Source: a virus (taxonomy: Duplodnaviria; Caudoviricetes). Taken from it: DNA of 64,000 nt. How positions within the stretch are numbered: the first letter of the stretch is position 1; every line of letters begins with the position of its first letter. The notes beneath the pieces were generated by a model. That model worked only from the letters and a program-made list of their open reading frames with translations. It was not told the origin of the DNA and made no database searches. The stretch covers positions 1 to 64,000 of the IMG/VR virus record IMGVR_UViG_3300028832_000130. One strand, written 5' to 3'. This document shows, piece after piece, positions 7,913 to 15,541 of this stretch. The translations under genes were made by a program, and so were the position numbers.

Positions 7913-9088
7913 TTATCCGACCTTTGCACCTTTCATTGACAAGACCTTGGCGACCTTTCCGATATTTGCCATTGTCTCTACTATCTTCTTGTCCATGACC
8001 TTTGCATAGGTCTTTTCTGTCTCTCTGATTGTCGAGTGTCCTAGGATATGCTGAACAATATGCATGGGCACGTCGTCCTCATTGATTAGCAGTGTCGCAC
8101 CAGTATGTCGTGCCCAATGGGTCGTTACTGGCTTGTTTATCTTGGCATACTTGACCGCTGCTTTGAGATAAAGATTGTACTTTACGTTGCTAATCACTGG
8201 CAGCTTGTACTTGTACTTTTTCAGAATATCCATTGCCGGTTTCAGCAGGACTACCGTAAAAGGCTGATTGGTCTTTACTCTAGTCGACCTATACACAACC
8301 ATCCCATTCTCTTTGGTACATTTTTTGTAGTCAAAAGCCTCTAGGTCTGAATAACCCATGCATGTGTATGTTTGGAACACAAAGACATCTCTTACTCGTC
8401 CTAGACATTTGTCGTCTATTTGGCATTCCTCAAAGGCATGGAACTCTTCGGGTGTCAGGTGTCGTTGGATCCCGTCCTCTTCTCCTTTTCCTATCTTTAA
8501 TAATGTGTATGGGTTTTTGCTTATAAGGTTCTCATTGAAAGCCTGTGCGACAAATATCTTCAGTATCTTGTGATAGTTCCAACGGCTGCACTCCTTTAGC
8601 CCTCTGTCTTTAAGGCAATCATCCATTTTCTGAATGTTCCTCTCTGTGACATCGGCAAAGTAAACGATACCGTTCCACTCTTCCAGAAAGTCAAGCACGA
8701 CATCGTACCTCTTCTGCGTTCCTCTCCTTAAACATTTCGACCTCTGCGCAGCTTTCTCTTTCATATACTCTAAGAACGTTTGCTTTTGGCTAAGCCTATC
8801 CTTTAGAATATTCGGGATAGCATTTATGTCAACGGTGTCCTCTTCCATCATCTTTGTAATGATGACGTTGCATTTCTTTACTAGGCTCTGCAACTGGCGG
8901 TTAAGTTCCATCATGTCCTCTCTGCCGGTTACAGAACCGTTCTTCCACTCTTTTGGCAGGAGCTTCACACCAGTACTGATGTACTTTCTAACTCTTCCTG
9001 CACTAATTCTCAACTCGACCACTCCAGTCTTAGACTTTGTGGCTTGACCTTTACGGTCATAAATTAATGTTAAAATAGGTACTACCAT
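7913..9088 (-). CDS. int: Tyrosine integrase (Bacteroidetes type: arm-binding, SAM-like and catalytic domains)
   Basis: H-W-A-R (HxxR), LGH and catalytic Tyr (TYAK) are present, with an N-terminal three-strand arm-binding region. Confidence 0.92.
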   Translation of the reverse strand: MVVPILTLIYDRKGQATKSKTGVVELRISAGRVRKYISTGVKLLPKEWKNGSVTGREDMMELNRQLQSLVKKCNVIITKMMEEDTVDINAIPNILKDRLSQKQTFLEYMKEKAAQRSKCLRRGTQKRYDVVLDFLEEWNGIVYFADVTERNIQKMDDCLKDRGLKECSRWNYHKILKIFVAQAFNENLISKNPYTLLKIGKGEEDGIQRHLTPEEFHAFEECQIDDKCLGRVRDVFVFQTYTCMGYSDLEAFDYKKCTKENGMVVYRSTRVKTNQPFTVVLLKPAMDILKKYKYKLPVISNVKYNLYLKAAVKYAKINKPVTTHWARHTGATLLINEDDVPMHIVQHILGHSTIRETEKTYAKVMDKKIVETMANIGKVAKVLSMKGAKVG

Positions 9089-9124
9089 ACGTTTCTTTTT
9101 GTTAATTACAAATATTTTCTACAA

Positions 9125-9472
9125 TTGGTAACACCCTTGAAATATTTTGGTAACACATAGGTAACCCCGATTCTGCTAAAATCATATAAAGACTTAACAA
9201 GACTTCAAATGATATATAAAGCATACAAGTGCCCTATCCGACCTCAATTTGACGTGGATAATTCGCTGTAAGACAAGGTATTTTGCTGTATTCTGCTGAT
9301 TTTGCGACGGTTACTTCTCGGCTTAATCAAACCTCTTCGTCCTCTTCAATTCCATCGCTCTTGTGATCCGCTTGGGATTCAAACCTAAATGTACTTTTGC
9401 AATTGAATATCAGTCTGTTAGCGAACTTCCATGCAAGGGTTTAAACATAGCGTGGTAACATTTTAGTAACAC
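9125..9472. mobile_element. attP-like site: tRNA 3'-end core with arm-type repeats
   Basis: The minus strand of 9363-9385 reads GGTTTGAATCCCAAGCGGATCAC, the 3' T-stem and acceptor strand of a tRNA. T(T/A)GGTAACAC-like direct repeats at 9125, 9147, 9158, 9453 and 9464 flank the core. Confidence 0.75.
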
Positions 9473-9567
9473 CAACACTCCGAATAATCTTTACACATTC
9501 TTCTTTTCATCCTTTTTTGCTGTTTTAATTAAACTTAATGGCCGATTGCAGGCCGTGAATTATTGCC

Positions 9568-9685
9568 TATCTTTGCACCCGACAAGTCGAAGTTGTCATG
9601 GTGAAATGACTAGGCTCATACCCTATACGCGGTCCAACGCGCATCCCCGTCAGTACTTCGACTATCTGGCGGGGATTTTTATTTT
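9568..9685 (+). ncRNA. Candidate promoter-driven sRNA/attenuator A
   Basis: TATCTTTG -7 box; AGTCGAAGT (9585) pairs with ACTTCGACT (9655); ATCCCCGTCAG/CTGGCGGGGAT hairpin followed by a T-tract. Confidence 0.5.
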
Positions 9686-9689
9686 CACC

Positions 9690-9955
9690 ACACTACGAGT
9701 AAGAGACGCTATCCTCCACCCCGCAACTCGTAGCCGCCCAAGGGGGTAACGCAGATGGGCAATGGCAGGAATGATTCGGGATGCCATGCGAAGCGGAGCC
9801 AACTCCGAAATACCCGATAGCCGAAGCATTGTTGGATAGTGCCAGGCTGCTGGATTGACCGACCGACAATCGTCAGCAAAGTTTCCTCCGTATGGGCGAT
9901 TAGGTTCTCCCATATAAGGAGGAATCATGCAATCTCCCAAACCTCTTCTCGTAGC
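9690..9955. ncRNA. GC-rich multi-hairpin non-coding segment (candidate structured RNA)
   Basis: Stems CTACGAGT/ACTCGTAG, GCCCA/TGGGC, TGGCA/TGCCA, CGGAG/CTCCG and TTCCTCC-GTATGGG/CCCATAT-GGAGGAA; no credible ORF. Confidence 0.4.
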
Positions 9956-9960
9956 AAGAA

Positions 9961-10305
9961 TTATTTCAAAGAACGATTATAATATAATATTGGAATAGTT
10001 ATAAGCATGAATGAACCGTAGATAACTATATTGGTTAATTTTTCGCCTTCATCTTCCCTTAAAGCTTTGTCTTCTAATGAAAATTTGACCGCATATTCCA
10101 CAATCAAAATTAGATAAGTTATAAGTGGACTCCAATATACGAGTCTATTTTTGTATAAACCTTCCATTATGGGCATTACTAAGAATACTCCATACACCGC
10201 CAAAGCACTCGTTACATGACACCAAAAAGCAAGATAGGTCGTTACACATATAATTATTGTGATAGCAACCCATGCAGCGACCTTGCTTTCAAATAGCTTC
10301 TTCAT
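9961..10305 (-). CDS. Multi-pass membrane protein co-transcribed with the repressor (possible lysogenic conversion or superinfection exclusion)
   Basis: Several hydrophobic segments; AT-rich; overlaps the cI stop. Confidence 0.7.
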   Translation of the reverse strand: MKKLFESKVAAWVAITIIICVTTYLAFWCHVTSALAVYGVFLVMPIMEGLYKNRLVYWSPLITYLILIVEYAVKFSLEDKALREDEGEKLTNIVIYGSFMLITIPILYYNRSLK

Positions 10306-10985
10306 ACTCTAACCAGCCCTACAAACTTATAGAACCCGAAAATTATCTCCTTTGGAACAAGAAAGTCCGGGTATTCCTCGTGATTGTACGACACGCATCT
10401 GATATTTGCGCCCTCGTCATATATTTTTTTGAAGATCACTCCATCCTCTGTGTCCAGAACATAGTCCTTTCCCCACTCGACAACAAACTCGGCCTTCTTG
10501 ATGGCGATCTCGTCACCGCTCTCGTACTTCGGTTCCATACTATTGCCCTTGATGAACATCGTGTAGTCGTAGTCAGGGAAATTGCGGATAATGGGCATCT
10601 GTTCGCACTGCTCAAGCAACACACCCTGCGAGTACTGCGAAAGGCTTCCTGCGGCCGCTGAGATTGGCAATCGTGGCTTCGTTGGTAGGTTGGCCACATC
10701 TTCGGTCTCAACCTCTCTTCTCTGTGCACTCTTGAGGACTTTTAGTGTGTCCTCTTGCCTCGCCTCGTTAACCATATCTTTAAATGTACCTATCTCCCAC
10801 ACCCGAGCTATTCTCTCTGCCAGCTCGTCCGATGGAACCATCATACCAGTTTTTATTTTTGAGAGCGCACCCTGTGTTATACCAAGTTTACTAGCAACTT
10901 CCTCTTGCCTGGCATTTGGCTCTTTCTCTTTCAACAACTTGTTGAAATACTCAGCGAATTTAGGAAATCTCTTCATACGCTTCAA
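10302..10985 (-). CDS. cI: LexA/CI-like repressor (HTH plus S24 peptidase)
   Basis: HTH QEEVASKLGITQGALSKIKTG, Ala-Gly site SAAAGS, GNSMEP serine motif and FKKI lysine motif. Confidence 0.9.
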   Translation of the reverse strand: MKRMKRFPKFAEYFNKLLKEKEPNARQEEVASKLGITQGALSKIKTGMMVPSDELAERIARVWEIGTFKDMVNEARQEDTLKVLKSAQRREVETEDVANLPTKPRLPISAAAGSLSQYSQGVLLEQCEQMPIIRNFPDYDYTMFIKGNSMEPKYESGDEIAIKKAEFVVEWGKDYVLDTEDGVIFKKIYDEGANIRCVSYNHEEYPDFLVPKEIIFGFYKFVGLVRV

Positions 10986-11050
10986 AATTAAATTAATGTT
11001 TATAAAACCTTATATTCCTTAATATATTTGGTAATATTACTATTATTCGC

Positions 11051-11134
11051 TATCTTTGTCGTCGGTTAAACAAACAAAGAGTTGCAGGACTTGGTTTTAA
11101 CACCTTGTCATCATTGATTCACACCGCAAATATA
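11051..11134. promoter_or_regulatory. Face-to-face lytic and lysogenic promoters
   Basis: TATCTTTG on the plus strand (11051-11058) and TATATTTG on the minus strand (11127-11134) point towards each other. Confidence 0.6.
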
Positions 11135-11208
11135 GGAATAAATTCTGAGTTCTGCACTCTTATTTTGGAATATTTAGGATTTATTTAGAATTAAACAACA
11201 AAAAGAAA

Positions 11209-11436
11209 ATGAACGTTTCGACAGATGATATTAGAAACATACCGCCTGGGGCTCTTAGATTGTTCCCATGCGAGGACGGAAAGAAGATGCGCTCCGCTTG
11301 TTCTCTCGTCACCACCGTCAAGCGTACCGAAATGCCCGAAGGTGTTGTTGACTATGAAACGCAGAAGTTCTTCGACCTTAACATTGTGGCCATCCGTGCC
11401 ATGCGTGAGGGCGATACAAGGGTTCTTAATAAATAA
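11209..11436 (+). CDS. Small protein in the Cro position
   Basis: First gene of the rightward lytic operon; no recognisable motif. Confidence 0.7.
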   Translation: MNVSTDDIRNIPPGALRLFPCEDGKKMRSACSLVTTVKRTEMPEGVVDYETQKFFDLNIVAIRAMREGDTRVLNK

Positions 11437-11447
11437 TATAATAAGGT

Positions 11448-12206
11448 ATGAGCAGTATTCGAGTTTTTAATCATCCTCAGTTTGGGGATATTCGCACAAC
11501 AGGCACTCCCGATAATCCGGAGTTTTGCGCAATGGATTTATGTCGTGCACTAGGTTATGCAAACGGACGCGATGCAGTTGCTAAGCACGTTGAAGAAGAT
11601 GACGTCGCAAAACGCGACACCACCGATTCAATAGGTAGAACGCAACTTCTTACCTACGTCAACGAGTCTGGAATGTATGCGCTAGTTCTTGGTTCTAAGC
11701 TGGAATCGGCCAAGAAATTCAAGCGTTGGATCACCTCTGAGGTTCTTCCGTCTATCCGTAAGACTGGAACTTACTCTGTTGAGCAGTTAACCCGCAAACA
11801 ACTTGCCTTGATGGTTGTGCAAGCTGAGGAAGAGAAAGAACGTCTTGCTTTGGAGAACAAACAGCAGGCATACCAACTTGAAGAACAGCGTCCCAAGGTT
11901 GCCTTTGCTGATGCCGTCCTTTCCTCTCCCGACTCAATCCTTGTTGGTGAATTAGCTAAGATTCTTTGTCAGCGTGGCTATCAGACTGGCGAAATTCGTC
12001 TCTACGAACAACTCCGACACGAAGGTTACCTCTGCTCGTCAGGTTCTGACTATAACATGCCCATGCAGCGTTATCTCGAAATGGGACTCTTTGAGGTCAC
12101 CAAGGGTACGCGCTCTGGTAATGGTGGTATCATGCATACTACCCGTACTACCAAAGTCACACCCAAAGGCCAGCAGTACTTTATTAATAAGTTTATACAT
12201 AGCTAA
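11448..12206 (+). CDS. Phage antirepressor (BRO-N plus ANT/KilAC C-terminal domain)
   Basis: FNHPQFGDIR...FCAMDLCRALGY...YVNESGMYALV...FKRWITSEVLPSIRKTG; C-terminal PKVAFADAV...TKVTPKGQQYF. Confidence 0.9.
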   Translation: MSSIRVFNHPQFGDIRTTGTPDNPEFCAMDLCRALGYANGRDAVAKHVEEDDVAKRDTTDSIGRTQLLTYVNESGMYALVLGSKLESAKKFKRWITSEVLPSIRKTGTYSVEQLTRKQLALMVVQAEEEKERLALENKQQAYQLEEQRPKVAFADAVLSSPDSILVGELAKILCQRGYQTGEIRLYEQLRHEGYLCSSGSDYNMPMQRYLEMGLFEVTKGTRSGNGGIMHTTRTTKVTPKGQQYFINKFIHS

Positions 12207-12218
12207 CAATCTAAAGGT

Positions 12219-12341
12219 ATGAGCATTATGAAAGAGAATATTGACAGAGACGATTGGATTGCCTGCATCCTCGTAGGGATTGGTCTATTAGCAACTGCAA
12301 TCGGAAACTATATCTATCACGGAGGGCATATAGTATGGTAA
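12219..12341 (+). CDS. Small membrane protein (40 aa)
   Basis: MSIMKENIDRDDWIACILVGIGLLATAIGNYIYHGGHIVW. Confidence 0.55.
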   Translation: MSIMKENIDRDDWIACILVGIGLLATAIGNYIYHGGHIVW

Positions 12342-12526
12342 AGGACGATAAAGGCGATGTGTGGCTTACTCCAAAGGAAGCTGCCATCAAACTGAACCTA
12401 TCTGTAGGACGGATATATCAGATAAAAGACAATCTGACACACCGGAAGCAAGGTAACTCAAACCAAGGACGTGTTTTCTTCCTCGACAGAACTCTTTTCA
12501 GTGATTACATGAATAATAACCGATAA
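12335..12526 (+). CDS. Excisionase-like winged-HTH protein
   Basis: WLTPKEAAIKLNLSVGRIYQIK pattern; in-frame ATG of track ORF 12254..12526. Confidence 0.7.
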   Translation: MVKDDKGDVWLTPKEAAIKLNLSVGRIYQIKDNLTHRKQGNSNQGRVFFLDRTLFSDYMNNNR

Positions 12527-12674
12527 TAGTATTTGTTTAGCATTTTCATTTTATGGTTTTAGTTTTTTAATTTTTATCAAGGTATTTCACAACACCCAAG
12601 CGTGGGTACGTTCGTAAGACTTAGGTAATAATGTTGTAATACCTGCCATCCGTGAGGCTCGCAGGTTTTAAAAA

Positions 12675-12788
12675 GGGAATAGGAGCTGCACAAAGTAAAA
12701 TTATATATTTCATAAATCCTCTATTTATCTATGCAGTGGCCTCGCCTGTGAAGGTAAAAGAAAGGTTCGATTCCTTTCGTTCCCACGA
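12675..12788 (+). ncRNA. tRNA-like element with a large internal arm
   Basis: GGGAAT/GTTCCC acceptor-like stem and GAAAGG-TTCGATT-CCTTTC T-arm; an internal CTGCA/TGCAG stem encloses an AT-rich stretch; no canonical anticodon arm. Confidence 0.45.
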
Positions 12789-12933
12789 TATATAATCGTA
12801 ATTTGTCCTGCAGCGGTAAGCAGTATAAACCGTAGTTGAGGCCGGCTAATTTGTCGTTAGCAGATAACCAAGTATGAACAGCGATTCTTCGCTTCAAGCT
12901 GGGGTTCGGCACCCAGATTCACCTCGACGACTA

Positions 12934-12944
12934 GTTCTTTGACA
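12934..12944 (+). promoter_or_regulatory. boxA-like element, second copy
   Basis: GTTCTTTGACA, identical to 606-616. Confidence 0.5.
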
Positions 12945-13134
12945 ATTTGGTACTGACGAACATGGTAAAGGCCATGTATGGGAAACTGCCTAACAAGCAA
13001 ACTACAATAGTGTATAAGGCTTGGAGCAATTAGTCAGTAGTACCTACATTCGTATGCGGTAATGTAGCCATAGCGCGTAGGTCAAGTCGCGTTGAGAAAT
13101 ACAGAGACCAGCATAGTAATTAAACCTTTAAAAT

Positions 13135-13380
13135 ATGATAGTACTCCCAACCAAGAGACGTCTGGAACGTCGTCGTGATGCGCTACATGAAAAGCTGGAT
13201 TCTATTCTCCAGTGTGCCTCCGTTCATCAAGTGGAGGAAATCATGCGCCGTATACACGGTATCAATCTAAGGCTAAGAACTTATTTCATCAGAGAAAATG
13301 AACGAGAACACAAAGAACTCTTTGAAGACCAAGACACCATTGAAACGGAAAACCCCTTTACGGTCGAAGTCCTCACTTAA
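13135..13380 (+). CDS. Hypothetical coiled-coil protein
   Basis: ORF track. Confidence 0.65.
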   Translation: MIVLPTKRRLERRRDALHEKLDSILQCASVHQVEEIMRRIHGINLRLRTYFIRENEREHKELFEDQDTIETENPFTVEVLT

Positions 13381-13846
13381 AGCAAAGGCTAAAGAAAAGA
13401 ACAAGTTTGAAATATCAGAGATAAAGACTCCTGGCAGAAAAGCCAGTCGTGCTACTCTTATGAGAAAGGCTGACGAGGCTTTCTCCTTATTTATCCGTAC
13501 ACGCGATAGCCAGAAATACCAGGGGAAAGCTTTTGACTGTATATCATGCGGAAGACCTGGCATGGCTATCGACCAAGCAGACTGCGGGCATTACGTTAAC
13601 CGTCAGCACATGTCTCTACGCTTCTCTGAACTGAACTGTCATGCGCAATGCCGCCACTGTAATAGGTTTATGGAGGGCAACATCCAAGACTATCGTAAAG
13701 GACTGATAAAGAAGATTGGCGAGTCGAAAGTACTGATGCTTGAAGCCGCCAAGAATATCACAAATAAGATTTCAAACTTTGAGTTGGAACAGATTTCCAA
13801 ACACTACAAGGCAGAAACCAAGAAGTTTAATTATCAAATAAAATAA
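13298..13846 (+). CDS. ninG: NinG/Rap-like Holliday junction endonuclease
   Basis: FSLFIRTRD...CISCG...DCGHY...LRFSELNCHAQCRHCNRF..GN. Confidence 0.85.
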   Translation: MNENTKNSLKTKTPLKRKTPLRSKSSLKAKAKEKNKFEISEIKTPGRKASRATLMRKADEAFSLFIRTRDSQKYQGKAFDCISCGRPGMAIDQADCGHYVNRQHMSLRFSELNCHAQCRHCNRFMEGNIQDYRKGLIKKIGESKVLMLEAAKNITNKISNFELEQISKHYKAETKKFNYQIK

Positions 13847-13849
13847 GGT

Positions 13850-13993
13850 ATGAGTATCAGTGAGAAGGAAGTCTACGAAGATTTCCAACGATTTATTCGG
13901 CATGAGGCTATGCGTGCCAATATCTCCCAGATAGAAGTATTGACGATTATAGACAATATGACAACAAAGGAACTTTTACAATTTAAACTTTAA
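13850..13993 (+). CDS. Hypothetical 47-aa protein
   Basis: MSISEKEVYEDFQRFIRHEAMRANISQIEVLTIIDNMTTKELLQFKL fills the gap. Confidence 0.55.
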   Translation: MSISEKEVYEDFQRFIRHEAMRANISQIEVLTIIDNMTTKELLQFKL

Positions 13994-14004
13994 TATCAAT
14001 TTAT

Positions 14005-14256
14005 ATGTTTGGTATCAAGATTATCACAGCAAAACGATACAGGCATCTTGTCGGTATCGAGCAGAACTTTGAGCAGGAAAAGCAGAAATTGCTTAACCAG
14101 CTGGATCGCATCGAGAAAGACCTCGACTCTCTCCGTAAACAGCTTAGCGAAAAGATGATGGAAAACAACAAACTCTACAATCAAGTACGGGAGCTTGTAT
14201 CTATCAAGCATTCCTTTCGCAAAAGCACAACAAAGTCAAGAAAGAAAGAACCCTAA
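14005..14256 (+). CDS. Hypothetical coiled-coil protein
   Basis: ORF track. Confidence 0.65.
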   Translation: MFGIKIITAKRYRHLVGIEQNFEQEKQKLLNQLDRIEKDLDSLRKQLSEKMMENNKLYNQVRELVSIKHSFRKSTTKSRKKEP

Positions 14257-14269
14257 AACTACAAGAGGT

Positions 14270-15541
14270 ATGACGCCTATTGAAATTGCTTATTTCAAAC
14301 ACTTCATGTATGATAAGGGACTGGAGAAAAGCTTCCTGTTCTATTATCGCAGAAACCCCATCAAAGGCTCGCCAAAGGGCGATAAGTATGCTAATCCCGA
14401 ATCTATCGAGCAGTTCTTCTTGCGTACTACGGTACAGGACGTTATCATGAAGGCTTTTACCTTCTATCCATCTGGCACCGCTGTTAAAGAGAACTCCACC
14501 TTTGACTATTGGAAGAATATTGATGATCAATGGCAGGACTATATGCACTCTATGGCATCTAATTTCTCAAACGATTCTTGGCCATTACTCCGCAAAACTT
14601 TTGCTATCCTACGCCAGAATTGGGATATTCCTGGTTATTGGCGAAAGGAAAATTTCGAGAGTACCGAGGAAGTTTATAAGCGTATGCATATTGACCTTCC
14701 TTTACCCGAAATACTATGGGAACACGGATATGTTCAACGCCAACGAGCAGATGCAGAATTGGTAAAATTCGACATTTCAGAGGCAAAGGATGGTGATGTT
14801 ATCGTTCGCATAAAAAGAGCAGAAAGCGGCTTTATACGTCGTTGGATTATCCTATTTCGTGAGTTAGTCTCTTGTGAGGTGGAGGGCGCTCAGGTGCAAC
14901 GGCTTATGGCTTATGCTTATTACAATTGTAGTAGTGGAAAAATGAAAATTGGCGGTGAAACACGTTCAAAGATTGTTGATCCGGAAGCCAAAAATGTTGC
15001 TTTCCGATTAGCTTTTGAAGGAGAACGCAAAACCCTGATGGATAAACTGGAAGAATCTGGCTTGAAATGGGACGATAGCGAAAAGGCACTTGTTCCATTA
15101 GTTGAAGAAAAAGAGCAACCGACTCTTATTGACTTTGCAGAAAAAGAAGAAGACCCGCTCTCAGACTTTGATTTCTTTGATGACATTCTTCCTGGCAACT
15201 ACAGGCTTAAATCAAATGAAATTTCTATCAATTTCAACAAGGGTTATAAGATTACATTCAATCAGATAGATTCGAAGATTATCCGAGACTCTGGATTGAA
15301 ATTTGTACGCCTTGCAAAAAGTAAGGATGGAGATATATGCCTTATCATCAATCGACAGAAAGGCGCAACCCTCACAAATCTATCTGGAAGAGCAGGCAAC
15401 ATGAATGCAACCATTAATTCTGTTGACATATGCGGAAAGCTCCGCACACTCTTTAATTTAAAGTCTGACTATTCGATTCTCAGAGTCGCAAAGTTACAGA
15501 CAACAAAAGAATTCATTATTTATAAAGTAACAAAACAATGA
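14270..15541 (+). CDS. Multi-domain hypothetical protein containing an AKDGD...GxxWD module
   Basis: In-frame ATG of track ORF 14195..15541. Confidence 0.8.
   Translation: MTPIEIAYFKHFMYDKGLEKSFLFYYRRNPIKGSPKGDKYANPESIEQFFLRTTVQDVIMKAFTFYPSGTAVKENSTFDYWKNIDDQWQDYMHSMASNFSNDSWPLLRKTFAILRQNWDIPGYWRKENFESTEEVYKRMHIDLPLPEILWEHGYVQRQRADAELVKFDISEAKDGDVIVRIKRAESGFIRRWIILFRELVSCEVEGAQVQRLMAYAYYNCSSGKMKIGGETRSKIVDPEAKNVAFRLAFEGERKTLMDKLEESGLKWDDSEKALVPLVEEKEQPTLIDFAEKEEDPLSDFDFFDDILPGNYRLKSNEISINFNKGYKITFNQIDSKIIRDSGLKFVRLAKSKDGDICLIINRQKGATLTNLSGRAGNMNATINSVDICGKLRTLFNLKSDYSILRVAKLQTTKEFIIYKVTKQ

Noticed and set aside
9662-9940. 92-aa minus-strand ORF (and 9546..9749 on the plus strand)
   Set aside because: Composition is not protein-like. 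The region is better explained by GC-rich stems that suppress stop codons.
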